From the IMG/VR virus record IMGVR_UViG_2910013374_000001, positions 1 to 64,000 of that record: a stretch of DNA of 64,000 bases. One strand, written 5' to 3'. Shown piece by piece: positions 9,016 to 18,962 of the stretch. The notes under the pieces were generated by a model, which searched no databases, was not told where the DNA came from, and was given only the letters and a program-made list of their open reading frames with translations. Position numbers and translations under genes: made by a program. The first letter of the stretch is position 1; every line of letters starts with the position of its first letter. The stretch is from a virus. Taxonomy: Duplodnaviria; Caudoviricetes.

Positions 9016-9900
9016 ATGGCAACCGACTCACTTTCCTGCTGGCTTGATGCGGCAGGTCGCTTTCCACTACTCACCACTCCTCAGGTCATTCAGCTTTCTC
9101 GTTTGATCCAGGAACCAACGACACGTGAAAAAGTTCGCGTGCGAGCCATTGATCGTTTGATCTGCTGCAACCTCCGGTTGGTCGCAAAGATCTGGCGCTC
9201 GCAGTTCGCCTACGTGAAGCCAAGCGAGGCTCGTGTGACCGATCTGCTTCAAGAAGGAACGATTGGTCTCCGTCGTGCTGCTGAGAAGTACGACTATCGG
9301 ACCGGCTACACCTTTGCGACCTACGCCATCAACTGGATCCGCAAGGAGATGTTCGCCTATCTGCGCGACCGCGACCGCAACATCCGCATCAGCGCTGACT
9401 GCTTCGCTGTTGTGAACACTGCTCGCAAGTTCGTCAGTCATGAACTGGCTCGCACAGGTCAGCGTCCCTCTATGGAGGCCATCGCCGCCAAGGTGAAGAA
9501 GCCCTTGAACACAGTCGACTTCTTCTTTGAGCGCTACCTCACCACCAGCAACAGCAGCTTGAACCGACCAACCGTCGTCAAGGGCGATGACGTTGGCCAG
9601 TTGCAGGACATCATCATGGGCCGTGCTGACTACGACCTGGAGATGGACGCAAAGGGCGAGAAGCTCCGCCAGATCCTCGAGATCCTGATGGATTCCGCAG
9701 GGTTTGAGGACAAAGACAGGGCGCTGGTTATTGCCCGCAACTGCCAAGGCGAAAACCCCCGCACCTATGCCTCCATCGGTCGCGATTGGGGTATGAACCC
9801 GGCTTATGCAAGGAACCACCACGAACGTTTGATCAAGCGCTTGACCAAGGCGGCTGCAGCCTCGGATATGTGCATGACTCGTATCTTGGAGAAGGTCTAA
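9016..9900 (+). CDS. sigma-70 family RNA polymerase sigma factor (group 1/2-like)
   Basis: region 1.2 FPLLT; region 2 NLRLV..I, DLLQEG.IGL.RA.EKYD...GY.FATYA.NWIR; regions 3 and 4 present. Confidence 0.92.
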   Translation: MATDSLSCWLDAAGRFPLLTTPQVIQLSRLIQEPTTREKVRVRAIDRLICCNLRLVAKIWRSQFAYVKPSEARVTDLLQEGTIGLRRAAEKYDYRTGYTFATYAINWIRKEMFAYLRDRDRNIRISADCFAVVNTARKFVSHELARTGQRPSMEAIAAKVKKPLNTVDFFFERYLTTSNSSLNRPTVVKGDDVGQLQDIIMGRADYDLEMDAKGEKLRQILEILMDSAGFEDKDRALVIARNCQGENPRTYASIGRDWGMNPAYARNHHERLIKRLTKAAAASDMCMTRILEKV

Positions 9901-9937
9901 CAACGACCTGTTCTAGTTCTTACACTGATTTCTTTTC

Positions 9938-10339
9938 ATGGCTTCTATCTCCATCGCTGGCAAAGTCACTCGCGCTCCTGAGATCAAGTTCTTCGACTCA
10001 GGTTCACAGCTGTGCACCTTCAGCGTTATCGACAAGGAGTACGTCCGCCCCGCTAAGGGGCAGGACGAAGCTGCTGGCCAGTTCTATGACGTTCAGGTCT
10101 GGGGCAAGTACGCCGAGATCATCAGTGATCGAGTCGTCAAAGGGTCACGCGTTGCTGTTCACGGCAAGGCCGTCTGGGAGGAGTACACGAACAAGTCGGG
10201 AGAGAAACGCAAGGTTCTCCGCGTCAACGATCCCAACGTGACCTTCCTCGACAACAAGGAAGAGGCCGAAGCCCTCAAGGCTGCAGCTGGTGGCGGTGGC
10301 TCGTTCGGAGCACCGTCTACCGAAGAGATTCCTTTCTGA
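9938..10339 (+). CDS. ssb: single-stranded DNA-binding protein
   Basis: OB-fold SSB pattern (VQVWGKYAE, KGSRVAVHG) and acidic EEIPF tail. Confidence 0.92.
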   Translation: MASISIAGKVTRAPEIKFFDSGSQLCTFSVIDKEYVRPAKGQDEAAGQFYDVQVWGKYAEIISDRVVKGSRVAVHGKAVWEEYTNKSGEKRKVLRVNDPNVTFLDNKEEAEALKAAAGGGGSFGAPSTEEIPF

Positions 10340-10373
10340 TCAACCTGTACGAGTTAGAACACGGACACCCCTC

Positions 10374-10766
10374 ATGATCGACGAGTGCACCCTTCAACAT
10401 CTCGGCGGCTGTCTTGGAGCAGTCGCCTTTGATGACCAACCCCGCGTCACCCCCGGCCGAGTTCGTCCCTTTATCTGGGCCTACTTACTGCTCCGCGGCG
10501 CTGTCCGCAGACACGAGGTCGTTGGTGCACTCAGCGGTCACGTTCGCGACGAAGACATCCGGGTCGAGGACGACCCCCTTGATCGCTCAACGCTGGAAGT
10601 AACTGTCGACGACTGCCTGGCCAACTTGGTTCTGGCGAATGTCCTCCGCTTCAACGGCGATCTTTACGTTCTCAAGCCGGAAGCTCTCGCCAGAACGGTT
10701 TCCCTGGTCACTCAGCTCGACGCTCAGCTTCCAGATCACCTGCTCCACGACCTAGCTGGTCGATGA
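10374..10766 (+). CDS. hypothetical protein
   Basis: ORF following a GTACGAGTTAGAAC box; coupled to the next gene. Confidence 0.55.
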   Translation: MIDECTLQHLGGCLGAVAFDDQPRVTPGRVRPFIWAYLLLRGAVRRHEVVGALSGHVRDEDIRVEDDPLDRSTLEVTVDDCLANLVLANVLRFNGDLYVLKPEALARTVSLVTQLDAQLPDHLLHDLAGR

Positions 10767-10972
10767 GCAAGAAGACCGAACAGCAGCGCCTCGAAATGCC
10801 TGCCCATCCCATGCCTGTCTTCAGGCGCAACCAAGACGTGAAGGTCTTTATGGGTGCCGGTTGGGCCAAGGGCACTGTCAATCAGTCAGATCGCGACGGC
10901 TGCACGGTTTATCTGTCTCAGCTCCGAAAAACCACCCGCGTCCGTGATGCGCGGAACATCATTTCTCTCTGA
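10763..10972 (+). CDS. hypothetical protein (SH3/KOW-like)
   Basis: 69 aa; ATGA overlap with the upstream gene. Confidence 0.5.
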   Translation: MSKKTEQQRLEMPAHPMPVFRRNQDVKVFMGAGWAKGTVNQSDRDGCTVYLSQLRKTTRVRDARNIISL

Positions 10973-10975
10973 ACC

Positions 10976-11764
10976 ATGAACAACGCACGCCGCGATGCTG
11001 AATGGTTGGCCTTCAACCGCCCTTCTGCAAGCCCTGCCCCCACTCCCACCCGCTCAGCGATCGTCAGCACCTGCAACGACATCCGCGATTTGCTGCTTGA
11101 GAAGAATCAGAAGTACGGGGATTCGGCTCTCAACCCCCAGCGCGTTTTCTCAGGCGCAGACCCCATCGAACAGATCAAGGTCCGCATCGACGACAAGCTC
11201 TCCAGGATCCAGACCACCGGATTCTCCGCCGCCGATGAAGACACACTCCAAGACCTCATTGGTTACTTGGTCCTTCTGAAGATTGCCCTCTCGAGATCCC
11301 CCGAGCCCATGGACCTCACCCGCACCCGCGAGCAGCTCCAGGACATGGTCGCGATGACCTTTGCTTCTGACTCGGCTCCAACCATCGATGAAGCATTCGA
11401 CCAGGACGAGGCTGAGTTCTTGGCGATGGGGGAAAAGTTCCGCATTCCCTCTTCCGTGATCCCTGGTCCGGACTGTGAAACCTATGTCCCTTTTGAAATG
11501 CGTCCGGAGGATATGTGGGAGGAGTATCAGGAGGACGTCTGGGAAGCAGAGCGCTCGCACTTCGCCGGCAACTACGCCGGTCCGCTGTACGCCCCGCACC
11601 CTGAGATCAAGAAGGACCTCAGCAAGTTTGAGCCCCACGAGATCTATGAAACTCACTACGTGGACGGCGCGATCCTCGGAACACAGAAGAACGGAGACGT
11701 CCGGATCCTTGGGACCTACAACCTCTACGACGAGATCAAGAAGGCTTCTCCGCTTGATCTGTAG
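10976..11764 (+). CDS. DUF1599 / nucleotide-modification-associated domain protein with acidic C-terminal extension
   Basis: LLEKNQKYGDS...RIDDKLSRI...EDTLQDLIGY. Confidence 0.7.
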   Translation: MNNARRDAEWLAFNRPSASPAPTPTRSAIVSTCNDIRDLLLEKNQKYGDSALNPQRVFSGADPIEQIKVRIDDKLSRIQTTGFSAADEDTLQDLIGYLVLLKIALSRSPEPMDLTRTREQLQDMVAMTFASDSAPTIDEAFDQDEAEFLAMGEKFRIPSSVIPGPDCETYVPFEMRPEDMWEEYQEDVWEAERSHFAGNYAGPLYAPHPEIKKDLSKFEPHEIYETHYVDGAILGTQKNGDVRILGTYNLYDEIKKASPLDL

Positions 11765-11818
11765 CTGTACGAGTTAGAACAGGGATCGGAAGCCTCGGCT
11801 ATTGCCGGGGCTTTTTTC

Positions 11819-12217
11819 ATGGCTGAGATCAACTTTCGGCTCGACATGCCTTTGAAGTCCAAGGCAAGGCCAAGACTTGGCAAGGGTCGAGCATTCCTTC
11901 CAGCGGATTACAGGGAATGGAAGAACGCCACGCGTGATCACTTGAAGCAGTACTGGGTCGACTTCGATCTCGAGACCCTCGAGCAATTTGAACTGCATGT
12001 TGAGGCTCATGGGCCTGGTCGCTGTGATGCCGACAATTTGATTGGAGCCCTGTTGGACGCTGGGCTTCCATGCAAGAAGACGGGATGGCGTGGTGCTTGG
12101 AAAGACGATCGCGTCACCGTGATTCCTTACATCAGTTTTCGCTGGATCAGAGACAAGGAGCAGTACTGGGACATTCGAATTGTCCTGTTAAGCGATAAAC
12201 GCATAAGTAAGGACTGA
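11819..12217 (+). CDS. rusA: RusA-like Holliday junction resolvase
   Basis: KARPR, DADNLIGALLDA, WKDD catalytic pattern. Confidence 0.8.
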   Translation: MAEINFRLDMPLKSKARPRLGKGRAFLPADYREWKNATRDHLKQYWVDFDLETLEQFELHVEAHGPGRCDADNLIGALLDAGLPCKKTGWRGAWKDDRVTVIPYISFRWIRDKEQYWDIRIVLLSDKRISKD

Positions 12218-12306
12218 TCCCCCAGATGGGGGAGATGTTGTTGCTTGTCAATCCCCCAAATGGGGGAGTGAAACCAAAGCGATGAGAACCATTCCCACGA
12301 CTGGGA
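12218..12306. promoter_or_regulatory. palindromic operator-like sites TCCCCCA-N2-TGGGGGA (two copies) and a related TCCCA-N4-TGGGA
   Basis: 12218-12233, 12252-12267 and 12293-12306 in an A/T-richer intergenic gap. Confidence 0.6.
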
Positions 12307-12459
12307 TCCCCGTTTTAGTGAGAACTATCTGAGTCTGTATCTTCCTATACCAAATCTGTGTGTAAAAGGTTCGAACACCTATTGACACCACGTCGACGAG
12401 GAGAGACAGTATGTACACGAGGGCACAAGCTCCCACCCAAACCCAAGTCTCTGAAACCC

Positions 12460-12966
12460 ATGTTCGATCTAGCACTGCTTGTCATGACCGATGCGAGAGG
12501 GATTGAGCGCATCGAAGCAGAAACCTTCGAGATGCCAGCCATGGCACTCCGGCCAGACCAAACAGAAGCGACTCAGATCCTGTTTCTCGAAATGGGCTCT
12601 GACACCATCGAAAACGTTGCTTTGCTCCACGCTGGGCAGCCCTTCATCGCAATGCCTGACGGCAGTTTCACTCCGAACGTTGTCGAGTTCATGCCTTTGA
12701 TGGAGCCAATTGAGATCTCCTCCTCAGCCTTGAACCACACGTGGGTTCTTGATTGCGTTCCCACGCTCAACATCGAAGCCGTGAACATTGACCCCGATGA
12801 GCTTGAGACCTCGGTGGACTACTTGGCCGGCCAGATCGTGGATGAGGTGATCGTCAACCGCCGAAGCTTTAACCACGAGATGGTCAAGCGTGGGTTGCTT
12901 CAAGCGGAGTTCTCCTCTTTCGACTCGACACGGCAAGCAATGGAGGCTCTTGTTCACCGCTCGTAG
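12460..12966 (+). CDS. hypothetical protein
   Basis: ORF downstream of a TTGACACCACGTC promoter at 12382. Confidence 0.6.
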   Translation: MFDLALLVMTDARGIERIEAETFEMPAMALRPDQTEATQILFLEMGSDTIENVALLHAGQPFIAMPDGSFTPNVVEFMPLMEPIEISSSALNHTWVLDCVPTLNIEAVNIDPDELETSVDYLAGQIVDEVIVNRRSFNHEMVKRGLLQAEFSSFDSTRQAMEALVHRS

Positions 12967-12998
12967 CTTGTTTTTGACACCACGTCTGTCAGAGGCTC

Positions 12999-13949
12999 AT
13001 GCAGCTCGAGGGATTAGCTCCAAACGCACCAAGGGTCGCGTTCTATCAACCAGACCCCGACTACAGAAGGACCGAGGGACTCAGTCAGTCAGCCATGAAG
13101 GAGCTGCTGAAGTCCCCGGCTCACTACATGTCCGCCTATGGCCCCAATGCTGAACCGCGGTTTGCAACTGCGGCGATGACTTGGGGACTGGCTCTCCATG
13201 CACGGGTCCTCGAACCCGAGAAATTTGACAATCTCTTCTACGACCGGAGCAGCAAGGCCAAGGAGCCAACGGTCCAGGAGCTGAAGGACATGCTCGACGA
13301 GTCGCAGGTCGAGTATCCAAAGAGCGCCAAGAAGGCCGACCTTGAGTTGCTGCTCTGGCCTGAGGGCAAGAAGAAGGACAGCAGGACCTCGATGGATCCG
13401 ACCGACTTCGGGAACGTCATCCGCGCAGCTGAAACGCTTCGCACCCACGACATCACTGGTGAGTGGTTTTGCCCTGGCAATGAGGGATATCGGGAGTTCA
13501 ACGAAGTTTCGGCCTACATCAAGAACGAAAACGGTCAGACCCTGAAAGGTCGGTTCGATCGTTTGCTGCTGGATGAGGCGGGCAAAAAGGTCACGATCCT
13601 CGATCTCAAGACAACCCAGTCCGCTGAGTTGAAGGACTTCCAAAAGTCCTGCGTCAACTTCTCCTACGACCTTCAAGCCGCCTGGTACACGAACCTCGCG
13701 CAGCGTTGCTGGCCAGGCTTCGAGGTCGAGTTCTTGTTCTGCGCGATCGAGAAAAAGCCTCCGTTTGGTATCAGCGTTTTCCGCGCTTCTCCAAACTTGA
13801 TCCTGAACGGGCAAAAAAAGATGGCGAAGGCTTTGGACCTATTCGCTCAATGCCAAGCCCTGGACTACTGGCCTGCCTATGACCCAATTGTTCACGATCT
13901 GGACCTTCCTGGTTGGGGCCTATACAGTCCTGAGGATCAGTCCTTCTAG
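12999..13949 (+). CDS. RecE/exonuclease VIII-like PD-(D/E)XK nuclease with a HeH/SAP-like insert
   Basis: LSQSAMK.LLKSPAHY, G.ALH..VLEP, KGRFD, DLKTT, YDLQAAWY, EKKPPF. Confidence 0.85.
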   Translation: MQLEGLAPNAPRVAFYQPDPDYRRTEGLSQSAMKELLKSPAHYMSAYGPNAEPRFATAAMTWGLALHARVLEPEKFDNLFYDRSSKAKEPTVQELKDMLDESQVEYPKSAKKADLELLLWPEGKKKDSRTSMDPTDFGNVIRAAETLRTHDITGEWFCPGNEGYREFNEVSAYIKNENGQTLKGRFDRLLLDEAGKKVTILDLKTTQSAELKDFQKSCVNFSYDLQAAWYTNLAQRCWPGFEVEFLFCAIEKKPPFGISVFRASPNLILNGQKKMAKALDLFAQCQALDYWPAYDPIVHDLDLPGWGLYSPEDQSF

Positions 13950-14434
13950 TGACTTTGCCCAAAGGCAGGCCTACTACCAGCACCGAGCGGATGCGGCTTA
14001 AAAAGCTGCGTGACAAGGGCGAAGCTGCGCCCGTCAAGACCTGCTCGGTCTGCGGCCAGCGGCTGAAGAAAGGCGCGGGTGCTAACCGTGCCTACGACAT
14101 GGGCCTTTGCTACACCCACTGGAGGCAGACCCCAGAAGGCAAGGCAGTCAGAAGAGCGAAGCAGATCAAGAGTGAGGTCTGGGGAATTTGGTACTACGGA
14201 GGAGAGCCGGCGGAGGGTTTCGCCAGCCTTCGCAAAGCGTTGACAGCATCAGTCCAGGTTGGTGCTGAGAACCACCCGGTCTTTGTGGTTTGGAGTGATG
14301 GCCGGGTGACCGTGCACTTCGCATTGACTCACCGAGCCTCGAGAGGCCTGGTCCCTGAGGAGGGTGACGAGATCGTGGACGGCTTTGAAGAGTTCAAAGA
14401 GCAAGTCCCCCAGAACCTCAAGACCTGGTTCTAA
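13949..14434 (+). CDS. hypothetical protein with a zinc-ribbon-like CxxC...CxxH motif
   Basis: CSVC...CYTH; start overlaps the exonuclease stop. Confidence 0.55.
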   Translation: MTLPKGRPTTSTERMRLKKLRDKGEAAPVKTCSVCGQRLKKGAGANRAYDMGLCYTHWRQTPEGKAVRRAKQIKSEVWGIWYYGGEPAEGFASLRKALTASVQVGAENHPVFVVWSDGRVTVHFALTHRASRGLVPEEGDEIVDGFEEFKEQVPQNLKTWF

Positions 14435-14649
14435 GTCGAACAGGGCCTCGTAGCTTGTGCCACACCGCACTGCTCCGACATGTTCGTGGTCATCGCAACC
14501 ATCCGAGGCAAGAGGCCAGACATCTATGGCCCGTTTTCCTCGCCCCTGCAAGCAGCCGACTGGGCGCAGGAGCATTTCGAGGAAACTCAGCAGGCCTGTG
14601 AAATCCGGCCCCTGACCACCGCCATCGTCTACGGCGAAGAGGGTCTGTG

Positions 14650-15294
14650 ATGCAGCGCGATATTCACACCGCTTCACTGATCTCGGTCACGCCTCACGCC
14701 GAGAAGCAGATCGCCTACTGCGCACGTGTCAGCAGCAAGAACCAGGAGAACGAATCGATCGCTGGTCTGCTCCGCTTCTGTATGCGTGAGGGGCACTTCT
14801 CGATTTTCGAGCAGGCTCACATGACGGTTCAGATCGAGACCACACCCGAGATCTCACGTCAGATCCTTCGCCACCACGACATGCGCTTCCAGGAATTTTC
14901 CCAGCGCTACCAGGACGTGTCCGAGCTTGGTGGCTGGGTGGTCCCGAACCTTCGCCGCCAAGACGACAAGAACAGGCAGTCATCCCATGACGACTTGGAC
15001 CCTGAGTTCAAGCACTTGATGGAACGCAAGATCGAGACCCTTTATGGGCAAGCCTTCGATCTCTATGAGTACATGCTCAGCCAGGGCGTGGCCAAGGAGA
15101 CAGCTCGTTCAATCCTGCCGATCGGCGGCACACGCACGAAGCTCTACGCGACAACCAATCTGCGCACCTGGATCTTCTATCTGAAGAACCGGACTCATGA
15201 GTCGACGCAACTCGAGCATCGCCTGGTGGCCAATGCCATCAAGGACATCTTCGAGGTGCAGTTCCCGACGATCTTCGAGGCCGCTTTCGGATGA
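14650..15294 (+). CDS. thyX: flavin-dependent thymidylate synthase
   Basis: AYCARVS, GHFSIFE, RQILRHH..RFQEFSQRY, GVAKETARSILP, TQLEHR. Confidence 0.93.
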   Translation: MQRDIHTASLISVTPHAEKQIAYCARVSSKNQENESIAGLLRFCMREGHFSIFEQAHMTVQIETTPEISRQILRHHDMRFQEFSQRYQDVSELGGWVVPNLRRQDDKNRQSSHDDLDPEFKHLMERKIETLYGQAFDLYEYMLSQGVAKETARSILPIGGTRTKLYATTNLRTWIFYLKNRTHESTQLEHRLVANAIKDIFEVQFPTIFEAAFG

Positions 15295-15858
15295 CCACGC
15301 TCTACGCCCTGGGGATCGGCTTCGTCTGCTGGTCTTTTTTCTCTTTCTTCCTGTTCGGGTTCTTATCGTGACACCAATCAGCTATTCGTTCGCGTTCATC
15401 TTGTCGGCCTTCATGGCTTTCGGTCTCGGCCTTTTTGTCCTCGCCCTGCTCTCCCCGTTTGGCTATGACCGCTGAATCTCAATCCAGCTTCTGGGTCAAC
15501 CTGTTCAAGCGTCGGCCAGACCTGAAACCTCCGGGCTACGAAGAGACGGTCAGGGCCATGGGCTACGAGACCAAACCACCACTCGTAGCTTCCACAGAGG
15601 ACGAATGTTCTATCGAGTTCTGAGATGACCAAGAGCCACCAGACCCAGATCAAGCTCACCCGCGAGGACATCCTCGGCATCATCGACGCTCTCCGATGCC
15701 AGGAGATCACCGGAGGAGCCGACGCCATCAACGGCTGGGACCCTGAACGATTCCTCAAGCGCCTCGACCGAGCACTTGACCGCCTCCCATAAGGGGGGCT
15801 TTTTTTTGTTCGGAAGCCTCAGGTGCAACTGGGAGTGATTCCCAACAGCACGAGATTC

Positions 15859-16380
15859 ATGGCCGTTTACGACCACAACCAAGGCTTCGATACGAGCGGG
15901 AGATCCAGAGAGAGCCCCGAGGCCTATGGCTATTTCGTCACCTACATGGAGCTGGGCAGGAGCCGTTCCTATGGAAAGGTCGGCGAAATCGTCAGCACAA
16001 CTGAAGGCAATATCCGCAAGTTCGCCAAGAAGTACAACTGGCGCGAACGCTGCGCCCAGTACGACGCCGATCAGGTGCGGGCCAACTTCGCCGACGCCAA
16101 AGCCGAGAGCCAGAAGAAGCACAAGGCTGCGATCAAGCGCTTCCGCGACGAGCAGATGAACCGCGCCCAGGGCATGGGCGATCTGGCCGATTTGATGATG
16201 GAGCTCACCGCCGAGAAGCTGATGGCGATGAGGGCTGCAGGCGAGCTGCCCAGCGAACAGAGCATCAGCAACCTGGCCAAGACCGTCGCCTCACTGGCTG
16301 ACATGGCGATGAATCTCCAGGCCACCGGCCTCGGGATCGATGAACTGGTCGACACCCTGGAGACGGAGCTAGGGGAGTGA
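15859..16380 (+). CDS. terS: terminase small subunit (putative)
   Basis: ESPEAY..F..Y..LG..RSY HTH...KYNWRER..QYD; coupled to terL; late motif upstream. Confidence 0.7.
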   Translation: MAVYDHNQGFDTSGRSRESPEAYGYFVTYMELGRSRSYGKVGEIVSTTEGNIRKFAKKYNWRERCAQYDADQVRANFADAKAESQKKHKAAIKRFRDEQMNRAQGMGDLADLMMELTAEKLMAMRAAGELPSEQSISNLAKTVASLADMAMNLQATGLGIDELVDTLETELGE

Positions 16381-17924
16381 AGAAGGGACTCGGAACGAAG
16401 TTCCTGCGCAAGGGCAGCAGGGATCAACCGCTTGTCGCCGATGCTCGCGAGAAGAAACTCAAGACCACGGGAGCAAGCGTCACCAACCTCACCTTCAAGG
16501 AGTACATCCAGGTGGTGATGCCTTCGTTTCAGTTTTATCAGTGGAACGAGATCCTGATTGACCGCCTCCAGGAGGTGGCCGACGGGAAGATGAACCGGCT
16601 GCTGGTCCAGTGCCCTCCTCGCCACGGCAAGTCAGAGCTGGCAAAGCTTTTCGCGGGCTACTACCTGCTGAGGTATCAGAACCGATTCGTCGGCGTGTCC
16701 TCTTATTCGATGGACTTGGCTTCCACCTTCTCGCGTGCATCGAGGGCCTACTACGGAGACGCTGGTGGCAAGTTCAACCCTGCCTCTCAGTCCGTTCAGT
16801 TCTGGGAGACAGAGAAGAAAGGCGGCTGCTGGGCTGCAGGTTCAGGCGGCTCCATCACCGGCAAGGGCGCTCACCTGGCGATCCTTGATGACCCGGTGAA
16901 AGGCAGAGAGGAAGCGGAATCACCGGCTTACATCCGCAAGCTGCATGACTGGTATAAATCCACCCTCAGAACCAGGATCAACCCTGAAGGTGGCGCCATC
17001 GTGATCATCCAGACCCGTTGGTCGATGACCGATGCGATCGGCCTGGTGATGGATCTCGAGGAGAGCGCACCCTCTGAGTTCAGGGAGGGCTGGCACATGG
17101 TCGACTTTCCCGCTGAGTATGAGGAATGGGACTACCGGCCACACATCCCTGAGTGCATCACCGTCGAGGAGGACTTCCGGACGACCAAGGGCGAAGCACT
17201 CTGCCCTGAGCGCTACAACGAGCAGGCCCTGGGCCAGATCAAGGCATCGATCGGGAGCCGGGAGTACGGCTCGCTGTATCAGCAGAACCCGCAAGCAACC
17301 GACGCTGCAATCTTCAAGCCGAGCTGGTGGCAGTTCCGCGAGATGGATCCAGACGTGGCGAAGTGGCAGCGGATCATCCTTTCGGTTGACTGCGCCTTCA
17401 CCGCCACAGCCAACAGCGACTTCGTGTCAATCGCCACCCTTGGTCAGCGCGAAGACGGCAGCTACGACGTGATCGATGTGATCAACGAGCGGCTGGATGT
17501 AGTCGACACCATGGCCGCCATCCGCGGAGCCGTGAACCGATGGAGGCCGTCTGCAGTTCTGATCGAAGCGGCAGCCAATGGCCACGCGGTGATCCAGATG
17601 ATGAAGAAGAAGATCCCGAACATCATCCCGATCAAGCCCGACAAGTCAAAGATCGCCAGAGCTTCAGGCGCTGCTCCAATGATCGAGGCGGGAATGGTGT
17701 TCATGCCAATCACAGCTCACTGGCTGCGCTTTGTGCTCGATCAGTTCGCTGTTTTTCCCGTGGGCCGTAACGATGACTGCGTGGACAGCATCACCCAGGG
17801 CCTGAACTGGATGCGGGACCGGGAGCCAATGCGTCAGATCACCGCCACCTGGGGCCGGTCAAACCACGCCCGCACCGTGCTTCCTCCGGACCTTCAAACA
17901 AGGCAAGGGATCGGCTGGGCTTAA
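16377..17924 (+). CDS. terL: terminase large subunit
   Basis: PPRHGKS Walker A, ILDDP Walker B, IQTRW, YQQNP, SVD, IE.AANG, SKIARA, NDDCVDS. Confidence 0.95.
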   Translation: MKKGLGTKFLRKGSRDQPLVADAREKKLKTTGASVTNLTFKEYIQVVMPSFQFYQWNEILIDRLQEVADGKMNRLLVQCPPRHGKSELAKLFAGYYLLRYQNRFVGVSSYSMDLASTFSRASRAYYGDAGGKFNPASQSVQFWETEKKGGCWAAGSGGSITGKGAHLAILDDPVKGREEAESPAYIRKLHDWYKSTLRTRINPEGGAIVIIQTRWSMTDAIGLVMDLEESAPSEFREGWHMVDFPAEYEEWDYRPHIPECITVEEDFRTTKGEALCPERYNEQALGQIKASIGSREYGSLYQQNPQATDAAIFKPSWWQFREMDPDVAKWQRIILSVDCAFTATANSDFVSIATLGQREDGSYDVIDVINERLDVVDTMAAIRGAVNRWRPSAVLIEAAANGHAVIQMMKKKIPNIIPIKPDKSKIARASGAAPMIEAGMVFMPITAHWLRFVLDQFAVFPVGRNDDCVDSITQGLNWMRDREPMRQITATWGRSNHARTVLPPDLQTRQGIGWA

Positions 17925-17986
17925 CCTTCTAAGTTATCAGTGTTCGTATCACGACTGGTAGCTTGTCACAACTCTTAGTGGCATCT

Positions 17987-18781
17987 ATGGGCGTGCGACC
18001 CCTTGGCTTCAAGCTCTCCAAGGCTCAGGCCCTTAAGGCACAGGAGAACATGAACCTGGCTCGCCGTGAGGCCTGGCGCTTCCAGCGTCGGACCGACATG
18101 ACCTACGACGACCTGGAATCGGTTGCCTTCATCGGCCTGATGAAGGCCTGCTTCAAGTTCGACGTTGGCAGGGGCTGGAAGTTCTCCACCTATGCGGTGC
18201 CTGTGATCCGCGGGGAATTGCTGCACTACGTGCGCGATCACTCCTATTTGCTGAGGCTCTCTCACCGGATGCGTGAGAACTGGGTCAAGGGCAGGCGCTT
18301 CCTTGATCGAGGTCACACCGATCAGCAGGTCGCCGATGAGCTGAAGATCAAGCTCGCTGAGTGGCTCGACACCCGTCAGGCCTGCAGCGGTGCACCTCTT
18401 GAACTCAAGGAGAGCCTCCATGTTGCTGACAAGTCTTTGGAAGCCAAGGAGGACGACAGGCTCAGCCGCCTCGAGCTGGCCGTTCAGAAGTCCTGGTCAC
18501 GAATGGGAGAGGTCTTCGCCAAGAACCTCGCTGCTCACTACCGTTTCGACCACCTGCTGAAGCCACACGCCGCAGACACCTTCGTCTCCAACTCCCTGGC
18601 CATTTACGACGGCCGGGATATTTGCTGGATGGACTACGGCTGCACGCCTGAAGCATCCCGCCCTACCTACGGGATCCAATCCGCCAGCGCCCAGGTGGAT
18701 GACGCCGGGATCTTCGTGATCGAATCGCAGGATCTGGGCAACGGCAGAGAGCAGCGTTCTCTCTTTGAGGACTACCTGTAA
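17987..18781 (+). CDS. second sigma factor (SigF/SigB-like group 3, divergent C-terminus)
   Basis: ENMNLAR..AW, DDLESVAFIGLMKA..KFD..RG.KFSTYAVPVIRGELLHYVRD. Confidence 0.88.
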   Translation: MGVRPLGFKLSKAQALKAQENMNLARREAWRFQRRTDMTYDDLESVAFIGLMKACFKFDVGRGWKFSTYAVPVIRGELLHYVRDHSYLLRLSHRMRENWVKGRRFLDRGHTDQQVADELKIKLAEWLDTRQACSGAPLELKESLHVADKSLEAKEDDRLSRLELAVQKSWSRMGEVFAKNLAAHYRFDHLLKPHAADTFVSNSLAIYDGRDICWMDYGCTPEASRPTYGIQSASAQVDDAGIFVIESQDLGNGREQRSLFEDYL

Positions 18782-18962
18782 GAGTTCGAACAGACAAGGG
18801 TAGCTTGTTCTGTCTCCAATCGCGGCCCTTATGGAGCCACTTTTCACCATCACGTCTTGGTCTCAAGGTCTCGCCCTCTATGGCGGGGCCTTTGCAGTGG
18901 GCGCCCTCTTCGCGGGAATTGCCATCGGCCTCGACACCTTGTCCAACCCTCGCCGCTGATTT

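Noticed and set aside
14860-14910. ThyX motif reads RHH instead of RHR
   Set aside because: All other ThyX motifs are intact; not enough evidence to call inactivation.
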